Source of the DNA: Gammaproteobacteria bacterium
Lineage (GTDB): Bacteria > Pseudomonadota > Gammaproteobacteria > Eutrophobiales > Eutrophobiaceae
Direction of reading: 5' to 3'
NCBI GenBank assembly: GCA_015661095.1
Contig: JACVQI010000001.1
Span: 41 to 64,040 of the forward strand
DNA length: 64,000 nt
Positions within the stretch are counted from its first letter, which is position 1; each line of letters starts with the position of its first letter. The notes beneath the pieces are model-generated. The model was not told the origin of the DNA and made no database searches. It worked only from the letters and a program-made list of their open reading frames with translations. Of the stretch, positions 9,325 to 19,244 are shown in pieces. A program made the translations under genes and the position numbers.

Positions 9325-11062
9325 ACCCGTAATTCGCGCCAAGAATTTAACAAAAATATACAGGCTTTATCATAACCAACGGTACCGCTTGCTCGATGCA
9401 TTCGGGTTGCTAGTGAATCAGAATGGTAAATTTGATACGCATACAGCGTTGGATAATATAAACCTGGAAATATACCGGGGTGAAAAGATTGCCATTATCG
9501 GCCGTAACGGCGCCGGCAAAAGTACCTTGTTAAAACTGATATGCAAGGTGATCAGGCCAACCACGGGTGAAATTGAAATCTCCGGAAATGTACACCCGCT
9601 ACTCGAAATAGGGACGGGGTTCTTGCCCGACTTTACCGGCAGGGAAAACGTCTATGCCTACTTGGCCAATTATGGCGTGACCGGGCAGGATGCGGATCAG
9701 AGATTTGCAGAGATAGTCGATTTTTCCGAACTGGAGGAGTATATAGACCAACCCGCTAAAACCTATTCAACCGGAATGAAAATGCGACTTATGTTCGCGG
9801 CCTCGACCTCGATACATCCGGACATCCTGCTGCTAGATGAAGTGCTTAGTGTCGGTGACGCCTATTTCACTCAAAAAAGCTATGAACGAATCAGGGATTT
9901 ATGTTCCGAAAACAGCACACTGATCCTCGTAACCCATGACATCTATTCGGCCATGAATATTTGTGATCGGTTTATACTATTGGATAACGGCAAAGTAAAA
10001 GCGGATGGCAAAAGTACCGAGATACATACTACTTACGCTGATTCAATACGGAAACAGGAAGAACACAGGTTACAACTGAAAAGGAAAAAACTTATCGAAA
10101 ACAAATTAAATATAAAAAAATATTTTTACTGTGAATTAAGGACTGCGGAAAGTAACGCGAATATTTTTATTTCAGATATAATTTTATATGACGGTAATGA
10201 TAAATTATTCCATCTTGATGTATCTGATAAAAAAGAGGAGGATTATTTAATCACCGACACCAAAGAATCCAACTGGAGCGAAATAACCATACATAAAAAT
10301 AAATACGCCAGAAAGTTTAATAAATACGGGTCCATATACCATAAGCTTTCCTTCATATTGCCTTTTGACGGCGATATTATTAATAATCAGTTAAAATTCT
10401 TTATGACTTATTACTGTGACAGAACGACTGTTGTGAACGTGGAAATCCAGCCCACTTTTTCGGATGACATTTATAAAGGCGATCTAAAGCTACATAAATC
10501 AGACCAATGGGACAATGCGATATTACTTTTAAAACAGGAGAAAATAGAAATTAATGATACTTTCCTAATTAATCACAAAGCTAGCCGGTTCGGCACGAAG
10601 CATATAGAAATTACGGATATAAAATTTATGGATATAAACGGCAATGAAACATTAATTTTCGATCATGATTCATCAATGAAAATCTTGATGAATTTTCGGA
10701 TTAATGAAGAAAATATTAATGAAAAACCTACTATATGCATAACATTCTTTAAAGATGGAATTGTCCGTACGCATAGATTCTGGACCAATGATATATTATT
10801 TTCATTTCGAAACAGTACTGAAGGTACTATTGAAGTAGCGGTGGACTCAATACAGTTTACCTACGGAACATATATCATTAGTTTTACGATTTTCAGGGAA
10901 GGTTATCTGGAAAAGAATAATACCAGACGATATTTCTCAATTTCAGAAGGTGTATATGATTCTTATTTTAACAGTCATGAAATATCCATAAATAAGAATG
11001 AAACATCCATATTGTTGAATGACGTGCTCTTTACACACCCGGCCCGATGGTCTCTGCACTAA
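9317..11062 (+). CDS. wzt: Polysaccharide ABC transporter ATP-binding protein with an extended C-terminal glycan-binding domain
   Basis: Walker A motif GRNGAGKST, signature motif YSTGMKMRL and Walker B motif LLLDE. The C-terminal extension of about 330 aa ends with a Wzt_C-like beta-sandwich segment. The C-terminal half is strongly AT-rich. Confidence 0.8.
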   Translation: MNKPVIRAKNLTKIYRLYHNQRYRLLDAFGLLVNQNGKFDTHTALDNINLEIYRGEKIAIIGRNGAGKSTLLKLICKVIRPTTGEIEISGNVHPLLEIGTGFLPDFTGRENVYAYLANYGVTGQDADQRFAEIVDFSELEEYIDQPAKTYSTGMKMRLMFAASTSIHPDILLLDEVLSVGDAYFTQKSYERIRDLCSENSTLILVTHDIYSAMNICDRFILLDNGKVKADGKSTEIHTTYADSIRKQEEHRLQLKRKKLIENKLNIKKYFYCELRTAESNANIFISDIILYDGNDKLFHLDVSDKKEEDYLITDTKESNWSEITIHKNKYARKFNKYGSIYHKLSFILPFDGDIINNQLKFFMTYYCDRTTVVNVEIQPTFSDDIYKGDLKLHKSDQWDNAILLLKQEKIEINDTFLINHKASRFGTKHIEITDIKFMDINGNETLIFDHDSSMKILMNFRINEENINEKPTICITFFKDGIVRTHRFWTNDILFSFRNSTEGTIEVAVDSIQFTYGTYIISFTIFREGYLEKNNTRRYFSISEGVYDSYFNSHEISINKNETSILLNDVLFTHPARWSLH

Positions 11063-11080
11063 ACTGTATACAAATAATAA

Positions 11081-11848
11081 TCATTTAACTCTGCAACAAA
11101 CGTAGAAATTCGAGGAAACCCTGGGAAACAGGCCGCCCAGGAAGTTGTTAAGTGTCAATAGTGGTTTTACCCCTCTCAATAATAAATTACTTAATTTTCC
11201 TGAATATAAAACAGAGCCTTTAATCTCTTCTATAAAAAATCCGTTTTTACTTAACAGATTTTGAATCGAGGAATAAGTAAATTTTTGTATATGTGGAGAA
11301 GCGTTCAGTGAGGATATCTCCTTTGAATCAAGTGTCAGTCCCAAATATAATTCTTTAATTTCCTCAAGATATATATGTATCCTGTATCTCTCGACAAAAT
11401 AGTTTATTTTTAATTTATCCCAGAGATAGTTTTCAACTTCAAACCATCCGTAACCGTTTGGCACCGTGACGAGTAAAATTCCACCGGGGTTCAAATATTC
11501 TTTTAATTTATTAAGCAGATCATTTATAGCATTATCCTGCAGATGCTCTAATATTTCTGATGCTATAATTACATCAACTTTATCCTCAATACCTGAGATA
11601 TCGCAACACTTCAACTGATTTATCGGCAATTTCTCCTTTTCAAATAAACATTTTCCGTAATTTATACTATCCTCATGGATATCCAGCCCGGTTATATCAT
11701 ATCCCATTTTCAGTAATGGTAGTGTGATCATATAACCGGTTCCACAACCCAATTCAATAATTTTATTTTTTAAATTAATTTTAGAAATCATCCATTGAAG
11801 CTTTTTTTTACTTCCATATACGTTTTCTATTATCGGTATATTCAGCAT
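11081..11848 (-). CDS. Class I SAM-dependent methyltransferase
   Basis: Motifs IIELGCGTGYM (motif I) and GGILLVTVPN. The gene lies in the AT-rich segment. Confidence 0.65.
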   Translation of the reverse strand: MLNIPIIENVYGSKKKLQWMISKINLKNKIIELGCGTGYMITLPLLKMGYDITGLDIHEDSINYGKCLFEKEKLPINQLKCCDISGIEDKVDVIIASEILEHLQDNAINDLLNKLKEYLNPGGILLVTVPNGYGWFEVENYLWDKLKINYFVERYRIHIYLEEIKELYLGLTLDSKEISSLNASPHIQKFTYSSIQNLLSKNGFFIEEIKGSVLYSGKLSNLLLRGVKPLLTLNNFLGGLFPRVSSNFYVCCRVK

Positions 11849-11968
11849 TATCCGGCCATGAACTAAATTGTGTAACTAACTTTAATAACAGTTATTTTTC
11901 AATAGAATATAGTTCCTTGTAACAATAGAATTGAACTAATTATCCATTAAATACTTTATAATCCAGGA

Positions 11969-13036
11969 ATGGCTGACAACAAAGTACTAATTGTATCCCA
12001 TTCATCAAGAGAAACTGACCTTGAATATTGTTCCCGTGAAAATTTAAACAAGAGATATAACAGGAATGGACGCCTTGATTCATTACCTGATTTCTCAACT
12101 TTAAGACCTGCATCTTATTACGAAGTATATTCCGGGGCATTAAGTTTCTATAAAATATTATATCAGCCTGAATTTAACCTTAAATTTATAGGATCAATAA
12201 AATCACGAAAAATAATTCAACATGCCGCATTCTTGAAGGAAGATATTATTGCGGTTGCCTATGAAAATGCTGTGGAAATATGGAAGTTGAATTCTTCAAT
12301 CTACAAATGCAATAAAATTAATCGTAATTCTCTCGAAACCATACGGCGTCACGAATCGGGCCTTATGGCAGGGATACATTCTGTCTGCGCTTTTGATGAT
12401 ACAAAACTGATATTATCCGCCTCGGCTTCAGACAGCGTAATAATTCTCGATTATTATTCGGGTAAATTTATTGATTATTTCAGGATGCCGGGTTCAATCT
12501 ATGGAAATAATTACGTCCTGAATCAGGATTCAGATTTATTAAAACATTACATTCCTAATGATTATCAATTAACACATATTAATTCTGCTTACCCCTTTAA
12601 TAATAATAGTAATATAGTTATTTCTACACTGATACAAGGCGCAATAGGGATATTTGATATAACTGATTCTTCATATAGGGAAATTACGAGAGGTTACACT
12701 GGTTGCCATGGAGCCCGCGTCAACAGAAATTCTGATATATACTTTGTAGACAGTTGCGCGGGCGAATTGATAATTCTGGATAATACCGGAAATATAAAAT
12801 CATTATTTTCTCTTGACACTTACTGGCTGCATGACGCAATCGAATTGGACGAGGATATATATATATTTACACTAGCAGATAAGAATTCCTTGCGGATATA
12901 TAATATCAAGACCAGGAAAATGTTAATGCAAAAGGATTTTATCAGTAGTACAGGTTATTTTTCCGGGATATTGGAACTCCTGCCAAGCTGGATTGGCAAC
13001 AGTGTTAAATTTTTATCCCTCTACACTCTTAACTGA
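11969..13036 (+). CDS. Hypothetical protein, possibly a beta-propeller (NHL/YVTN-like repeats)
   Basis: 355 aa ORF with no signal peptide. It contains repeated motifs of the form hydrophobic-x-hydrophobic-hydrophobic-D-x-x-G (DSVIILDYYSGKF, GELIILDNTGNI, IGIFDITDSS). I recognise no catalytic motif. AT-rich. Confidence 0.45.
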   Translation: MADNKVLIVSHSSRETDLEYCSRENLNKRYNRNGRLDSLPDFSTLRPASYYEVYSGALSFYKILYQPEFNLKFIGSIKSRKIIQHAAFLKEDIIAVAYENAVEIWKLNSSIYKCNKINRNSLETIRRHESGLMAGIHSVCAFDDTKLILSASASDSVIILDYYSGKFIDYFRMPGSIYGNNYVLNQDSDLLKHYIPNDYQLTHINSAYPFNNNSNIVISTLIQGAIGIFDITDSSYREITRGYTGCHGARVNRNSDIYFVDSCAGELIILDNTGNIKSLFSLDTYWLHDAIELDEDIYIFTLADKNSLRIYNIKTRKMLMQKDFISSTGYFSGILELLPSWIGNSVKFLSLYTLN

Positions 13037-13046
13037 TTTATTACAA

Positions 13047-13877
13047 ATGAAATATTTAGATACGACGATTTTTAACAATCGCAGTAATCAGAGATATAAA
13101 ACCAATACTCAAACTTACTGGACCAGATCTCCATGTGGTTCAAACAGTTCCGAGGCAGAAAAATTGAGTAAAGAGTATTTCGATGAGATTGAAAATGATC
13201 GTTATTCGTCACACCCCTGGATACTGGATGCAATCAATAACTTTAACTTAAAGGATAAACGGGTACTGGAAATAGGTTTTGGTATGGGCACTGATCACTT
13301 AGGTTTATTAAGGCAGGGGGCTGATATTCATGGAATTGATCTGACATTAAATAATTCATTTATACTGAAAGAGCGTCTAAAAATATACGGCTTTAATTCG
13401 TCCCTGATTTGCGGGGATGCGGAAAATCTGCCGATTGCGAATGAGTCCATGGATTTTATTTATTCATTTGGAGTTATACACCACTCGCCTGATACAGGCA
13501 GAATTGTTTCTGAAATACACAGGATCCTTAAACCCGGGGGAAAATGCTGGATAACTGTCTACAACAAACATTCATTATTTTTCTGGTGGTCTGTATTCCT
13601 TATGGACTGGCTGTTTAAAGGAAGATATAAATACGAATCTCTTAAAGAGCGTATAAGTAAAATTGAATATCTGAATGATAATCCGGATCTGGTCATAAAG
13701 TTATATACAAAAAAACAGTTTAAAATATTATTCAGTAAATTCTGTACTGTTGATTGCTCGGTAAAACATCTGGTGAAAAGAGATATATTTTATATAGGTC
13801 CTTATATACCAGATCGAATTATTGATTTTTTATCCGGTTTACTTGGTTGGTATATCATAATTGAAGCCGTCAAGTAG
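13047..13877 (+). CDS. Class I SAM-dependent methyltransferase
   Basis: Motifs VLEIGFGMGTD (motif I) and PGGKCWITV. The long ORF begins at 12993 but overlaps the upstream gene. An ATG at 13047 follows the upstream stop by 10 nt. Confidence 0.65.
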   Translation: MKYLDTTIFNNRSNQRYKTNTQTYWTRSPCGSNSSEAEKLSKEYFDEIENDRYSSHPWILDAINNFNLKDKRVLEIGFGMGTDHLGLLRQGADIHGIDLTLNNSFILKERLKIYGFNSSLICGDAENLPIANESMDFIYSFGVIHHSPDTGRIVSEIHRILKPGGKCWITVYNKHSLFFWWSVFLMDWLFKGRYKYESLKERISKIEYLNDNPDLVIKLYTKKQFKILFSKFCTVDCSVKHLVKRDIFYIGPYIPDRIIDFLSGLLGWYIIIEAVK

Positions 13878-13885
13878 TCTATTAT

Positions 13886-15784
13886 TTATCGTAAGTATTC
13901 TTTCCACCACAAATAAAAATTATACAAAGTCCAGAGCGCCACGCTATTCCTCTCGCGCTGCAGTTGAGCAATATAGTCTTTATTGAAGTAATCCGTTTTG
14001 CTGCCGAGTTCAGCCAGACCAGTTGCGATATCATTGCCAAGTCGATCATATAAATATTCGTGTACCGGCACGCCAAAACCCTGTTTTGGCCTGTTGATCA
14101 ATACATCAGGAATAACCCCTTTCACGGCCTTTTTGAGTATATATTTCAATTCGCCGTTGCGGGTTTTAACGTTCTGCGGGATGCCGAGCACATATTCAAC
14201 AAACTTGTGATCCAGAAACGGTACCCGGCATTCGAGACTTGTGGCCATGCTCATCTTGTCTACGCGCATTAACAGCAGTTCCGGCAAGCGCTGTTTCAGA
14301 TCCAGATAGCTCATCCAATGCAGTACCGATTTTTCCCAGGCGCTATCCTGAAATTCATTCCAGAACGGTTCAATTGACTGCCAGCTTGTGTAATGTTTGA
14401 ATTTTTTAACCAGCCTTGGTCCGAAAAGCATCCGCTTTTGTTCATCGGTAAAACCTTCAGCGCCTCCCCAGAATATACGTTGTCCCTCCGCGGCACGGCG
14501 TATCCATTCATAGTAGCGCGTACCGGATCGGCGGGTAAGGCGCATGGCAGCTAGAGCAGCCCTGTCTAATATTCTAGGTATGCCCAGATCCAGAACGCGT
14601 TGCAAATTAAATGCGTGACGCCAGGCCGGATAACCCCAGAATAATTCATCAGCGCCTTCCCCAACCTGACACACTACCATGCCGGATTCTCGAGCCAGTC
14701 TGGAAACATAATAAACGGGTATACATACCGGATCCGCCAGGGGTTCGTCCTGATATCTGGCCATGTCGGGTAAAAAATCGAGAATGTCCTGCAGGGAGAG
14801 TATGCGTTCCCTGTGATTCGCTTTCACTTCTGCTGCCATTAACCGGGCGTACTCCAGTTCATTTTTATATGACTGGTATTCACCGTCATAACCGATACTG
14901 AAAGTATTTACCGGCCGCTCCTCACCTTCACTGAAAAGGGCTGTATTCGTGCTGGAATCAATACCGCCAGAGAGAAACACGCCAACCGGGACATCGCTGA
15001 CCTTTCTGTATCGAACCGAGTCCCTCAATATATTCAATACTTTTTCGGCGATAACAGCATCATCACGGGTTGTTTCCGGGACGACGAATTGCCATGGATC
15101 CCAATAACGTGTTTTCTCGACATTACCGGCAGCAGTCACTCGAAGGTAATGACCAGCAGGAACCTTGTTTATCCCCGAGAACAGTGTCTGTGAGACAGGA
15201 GAGCACAAAAATCCCAGGTAGTGGTACAACGCCTGTTCATCTACCTCTCTCTGCTGACCAGGGTCTGCCAGCAACGCCTTGATTTCCGACGCAAACGTCA
15301 GCCTGCCGTGGTGCATGCTGTAATACAAGGGCTTGACCCCTATCCTGTCTCTGACCAGCCAGAGCGCCTGTTTACGTTCATCCCATAAGGCGAAGGCAAA
15401 CATGCCACGAAAACGGTGCAGGCATTCTATCCCCCAGCACTGATAGGCATATAAAATGACTTCCGTATCGGAATGGCTGGTCTTCCAGTCAGTGAAGCCC
15501 GATTCGATCAGCTCACGGCGTATCTCGGCGTGGTTATAAATCTCCCCGTTAAAGGTTACCCATAAGCTCTTATCATGATTACACATGGGTTGCGCGGCTG
15601 AAGCCGACAGGTCAATAATTGACAGGCGCCGGTGTCCAAGACCAAGCTTTCCGTTATTCGAAATCCAGGTGCCGGCGCCGTCTGGTCCACGATGTATCAT
15701 CGTGTCCCGCATACGATTGATATAGCTTTCCGTAACCGAAAAGTGGCTGTTGTTAAATACTAATGAGCCAACGATGCCACACAT
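13886..15784 (-). CDS. asnB: Asparagine synthase (glutamine-hydrolysing) family amidotransferase
   Basis: N-terminal MCGIVG class II glutamine amidotransferase motif (Cys2), followed by a C-terminal synthetase domain with SGGIDSS. AsnB paralogues of this kind are common in glycan clusters, for example for amidation of uronic acids. Confidence 0.85.
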   Translation of the reverse strand: MCGIVGSLVFNNSHFSVTESYINRMRDTMIHRGPDGAGTWISNNGKLGLGHRRLSIIDLSASAAQPMCNHDKSLWVTFNGEIYNHAEIRRELIESGFTDWKTSHSDTEVILYAYQCWGIECLHRFRGMFAFALWDERKQALWLVRDRIGVKPLYYSMHHGRLTFASEIKALLADPGQQREVDEQALYHYLGFLCSPVSQTLFSGINKVPAGHYLRVTAAGNVEKTRYWDPWQFVVPETTRDDAVIAEKVLNILRDSVRYRKVSDVPVGVFLSGGIDSSTNTALFSEGEERPVNTFSIGYDGEYQSYKNELEYARLMAAEVKANHRERILSLQDILDFLPDMARYQDEPLADPVCIPVYYVSRLARESGMVVCQVGEGADELFWGYPAWRHAFNLQRVLDLGIPRILDRAALAAMRLTRRSGTRYYEWIRRAAEGQRIFWGGAEGFTDEQKRMLFGPRLVKKFKHYTSWQSIEPFWNEFQDSAWEKSVLHWMSYLDLKQRLPELLLMRVDKMSMATSLECRVPFLDHKFVEYVLGIPQNVKTRNGELKYILKKAVKGVIPDVLINRPKQGFGVPVHEYLYDRLGNDIATGLAELGSKTDYFNKDYIAQLQRERNSVALWTLYNFYLWWKEYLR

Positions 15785-15835
15785 ATTCTGATCAGCGAAT
15801 TAATAACCGGGTTGATTTCAGAGGTATCGGGATGA

Positions 15836-17977
15836 TTATGTGGAAATCCTTTTTTCCACTTGAAATGCGATTTGCATCACCTGCAGCTGTTCCCACAATT
15901 CTATCGGCCATTTTCCCGTATTACTAACGGCATCTGCGAATGCCTGAACTTCCTCTTTATGGCCCTTCTCCATGTTGGCAGTGTGGAATGATTCCGCAAC
16001 CCGGCCTGTTACTTCCAGTGTCTTGTAATCGGTCAGGGAGATAACCATGCCGTCCACGAAGATATCAAATTTTTCCTTTGGATAAGCCGGATCTCCCAAT
16101 GCCGTATAGATCAGATTGGCGAGGGAACCGTCAGCAAACTTCAACACCACTACAAAATTGTCTTTATGGCTGTAATAACTGCTGCTGGTATCAATGGCGA
16201 ATGCTTCCACATTTTTAATTTTCGCACCGGTGATGTAAGTAAATACATCATATATGTGGCAGGCTTCGCCTATGTTCCGGCCGCCGCCTTCTTCATTATG
16301 CACCCAGTGGTCCGGAGCCAGATATCCGGCATTCATGCGGTAATTCATGATTAACGGACCGTTGCTCCGGCTGATCAGGTGTTTGATCTTGCGTATATAT
16401 GGAGAAAAACGCCGGTTGAATCCGGTAAGCAACAACGGCACCGCACCTATGGCTGTATTATAAAACGATTCGATTTCTTCCAGCTCCGTGATGGTGACCG
16501 CGAGGGGTTTTTCAACCAGCACATGCTTGCCGGCGCACAGCGCTCTTAATGTCATCTCCGCATGCTGATGGTGCCGCGTGCATATCAAGACGGCATCCAC
16601 TTCGCTGTCGTCCAGCACTTCCTGATAATCGGTCGTGGAATAATCGGCGCCAAAGTTGACAGCAGTGGTCCTGGCGTTGTGCCCGGTTCGGCTGACTATC
16701 GCCCTGATTGCATATTGGTCCTGCAGCGACTGGATATTGGGCAGGTGTACGGCCTTGGCGAAGTTACCTCCGCCGATTATCGCGATACGAATGCGTCCGG
16801 CATTATCCCGCCGCGTAGATGAAAGCATTATCCGTCTGTCGATCGTGCCTGCCAATCCCTGTTGTTGATAACAGAACAAGGCCATCAAGGGTTTCCTGCC
16901 ACTGGCAGCGAGCACCTGATATGCGCTGGTTGCCTGTTCTACCGGCCAGACATGCTCAATCAGATCCTTCAACACCACTCTGCCATCCGCCAGTAATCTC
17001 AGGTACTCGATCATATTGCGATTTTCCGTCCATCTGACATAGGCAACCGGGTAATCCACACCCTGCTCTTCATAGATATTGTCGTAGCGGCCAGGTCCGT
17101 AGGAGGTTGAGATAAAAAAGTCCAGCTCCTTGGCATAGAAATCAGCGCGATTAAGCTTCAAACCCACATCGCCAACCAGCACTACGCGGCCCTTCCGTCT
17201 GCACATTTTAAATGCCGTGCTGATAACACTATCGGAAGGTGTTGCTGCCGTTACGATAACGCCGTCCGCGCCCAGACCGGCGGTTGCTTTCATTACTTGT
17301 TCAACAATGTCGCCACGTTCTTCATGAATTCCCTGATCAAGGCCGTGAGCCTCAGCAATCTTTATACGTTCCGGTTCTGTGTCTGTCCCGTAGACTTGGC
17401 ACCCATTGGCTTTCAGTATCTGCGTGGTTATTTGCCCCAGCACACCCAGGCCGATGACGACAAAACTTTCGCCCAGTGATGGACTGGCGCGTCTGATACC
17501 CTGTAAAGCGATACTTCCGAGCGTTACCGTGCTCGCCTCAGCCAGGGATAACCCTGTGGGTACCGGCACAGTCAGATTTCTGGGAACACGAATTATTTCC
17601 GCATGATTGGCACACTGCGCGCCGGCACATGCCACGCGGTCGCCAACTCGGAGATCATCCACACCTTCGCCCACCTCCATTACCACGCCGGCTGCCGAAT
17701 AACCCAACGGAGAACTCGTCGACAATGCTGTTTTGACAAGGTTTTTAGTGTAGCCGATACCCCTTGTTCTGATGTAGCGCACCACCTTTTTAAGGTTATT
17801 CACGGTCAATGCAGCACCGCTTAAGGATGCGGACTGTGATGATTTAAGGCTTGCCAGTTCTGTTCCTATGGATATGCAGGAATGATCCACGCGCACCAGG
17901 ACCGTGCCTGGCTCTACGAGTGGCGGAGAAACATCCTCCACGTGGATTGCGCCGTTTTTTACGAGCACCTGCTTCAT
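15836..17977 (-). CDS. Two-domain oxidoreductase: N-terminal MDR/zinc alcohol-dehydrogenase-like domain fused to a C-terminal Gfo/Idh/MocA NAD(P)-binding oxidoreductase
   Basis: 713 aa ORF. The N-terminus has a GroES-like fold plus a Rossmann GLGVLGQ motif. The C-terminus has IAIIGGGNFA...EKPLA, typical of Gfo/Idh/MocA sugar dehydrogenases. Confidence 0.7.
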   Translation of the reverse strand: MKQVLVKNGAIHVEDVSPPLVEPGTVLVRVDHSCISIGTELASLKSSQSASLSGAALTVNNLKKVVRYIRTRGIGYTKNLVKTALSTSSPLGYSAAGVVMEVGEGVDDLRVGDRVACAGAQCANHAEIIRVPRNLTVPVPTGLSLAEASTVTLGSIALQGIRRASPSLGESFVVIGLGVLGQITTQILKANGCQVYGTDTEPERIKIAEAHGLDQGIHEERGDIVEQVMKATAGLGADGVIVTAATPSDSVISTAFKMCRRKGRVVLVGDVGLKLNRADFYAKELDFFISTSYGPGRYDNIYEEQGVDYPVAYVRWTENRNMIEYLRLLADGRVVLKDLIEHVWPVEQATSAYQVLAASGRKPLMALFCYQQQGLAGTIDRRIMLSSTRRDNAGRIRIAIIGGGNFAKAVHLPNIQSLQDQYAIRAIVSRTGHNARTTAVNFGADYSTTDYQEVLDDSEVDAVLICTRHHQHAEMTLRALCAGKHVLVEKPLAVTITELEEIESFYNTAIGAVPLLLTGFNRRFSPYIRKIKHLISRSNGPLIMNYRMNAGYLAPDHWVHNEEGGGRNIGEACHIYDVFTYITGAKIKNVEAFAIDTSSSYYSHKDNFVVVLKFADGSLANLIYTALGDPAYPKEKFDIFVDGMVISLTDYKTLEVTGRVAESFHTANMEKGHKEEVQAFADAVSNTGKWPIELWEQLQVMQIAFQVEKRIST

Positions 17978-17992
17978 CTTCGACTTTCCGGT

Positions 17993-19240
17993 CTAACAGT
18001 TGTAACTGGTCACCTGATTTATAATTTTATTGGTAATTGTTTTGTAACGCTCTGACACAATATTCCAGTCAAACCTCGTCATGACAAATTCCCTGCCTTT
18101 ACAGCCGATGCGTTCCGCAAGATCCGGATGACTCAATAAATATTCAATTTTCGCGGTCAATTCACTCACATTACCGGGCTTGGCCAGGAAGCCTGTCCCG
18201 CCGTCTATAATAACATCCTTTACTGCCGGCATATCGGAAGCGATCACTGCACAATGACAACCCAATGCCTCGATCAACACCAGACCGAGTCCTTCCTGAT
18301 CGCCGGCCTCGGTTTTGATGAAAGGAAATACCATTATACTGGCGGTACGATAATGATATGGCAGATTTTCAGAACTGACAGCTCCGACAAATGTTGTGTG
18401 ATCGTCTATCTCCAGCAATTTCGCCAGCTCCATAAGCGGTGTTTTTTCCGGTCCATCCCCAATGATAACCAGTTTTAAGCTCCGATTATTTTTCAAATTC
18501 TCACGAAAAGCCTGCAATAAATATTTAACTCCTTTTTTCTCAACCAGTCTGCCGATAAACATAATTGTATTTTTGTTTCTGATCGCGTTTTCATCAGGAA
18601 CAAATACTGTTGTCAAATCCACACCCATAGGCGCAACGTGTATTTTATCCTCCGGAATTCCAAGCTGCCGGAGATAATCCGCCATACTGTGACTGACCAC
18701 ACAAACCGCTGCACACCTGCTCAGTACCCATAACTTGCAGAGACGAATAATTGATCCTTGCAATGCATACAGGTCTCCCCCATGCGAGATGCAAATAACC
18801 GGTATGGATTTTCTGGCAAGTAACATTGCCAGTATAGCGACAAAACCCTGCGGTATAAGCCAATGGGCATGAATGGCATCAAAGCGTTCTTTCCTTAACA
18901 GAACAAGCAGGTGAATTAATTGGGATAGTATAAAAAGAGGCACCAGCAGCATGCGCAACCGATCTTCTTTTATTTTCGCGAGAATACCGCCTGCATATGC
19001 CAATGTTTGATACTTTTCCAGGAAATACCTGAATCTGATAATCTCAACATTGCCCATCAGTTCCTTTCGTTTCGCTCCCATGCAATGGGGCGCAAGGACT
19101 TTGATGTTATGGCTGTCTGATAATCGTTGGCATAATTGGTATACAAACCCAGGTTCGGTATCGTCTTGCCAGCGGGGAAAGGTTGATGTCAGCACAAGAA
19201 TATTTGTCTCCCGCCGTTCCGAAAATTGGCCATTCACCAT
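17993..19240 (-). CDS. Glycosyltransferase family 4
   Basis: 415 aa ORF with the EGLGLVLIEALGCHCAVIASD motif. Confidence 0.75.
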   Translation of the reverse strand: MVNGQFSERRETNILVLTSTFPRWQDDTEPGFVYQLCQRLSDSHNIKVLAPHCMGAKRKELMGNVEIIRFRYFLEKYQTLAYAGGILAKIKEDRLRMLLVPLFILSQLIHLLVLLRKERFDAIHAHWLIPQGFVAILAMLLARKSIPVICISHGGDLYALQGSIIRLCKLWVLSRCAAVCVVSHSMADYLRQLGIPEDKIHVAPMGVDLTTVFVPDENAIRNKNTIMFIGRLVEKKGVKYLLQAFRENLKNNRSLKLVIIGDGPEKTPLMELAKLLEIDDHTTFVGAVSSENLPYHYRTASIMVFPFIKTEAGDQEGLGLVLIEALGCHCAVIASDMPAVKDVIIDGGTGFLAKPGNVSELTAKIEYLLSHPDLAERIGCKGREFVMTRFDWNIVSERYKTITNKIINQVTSYNC

Positions 19241-19244
19241 GGAG

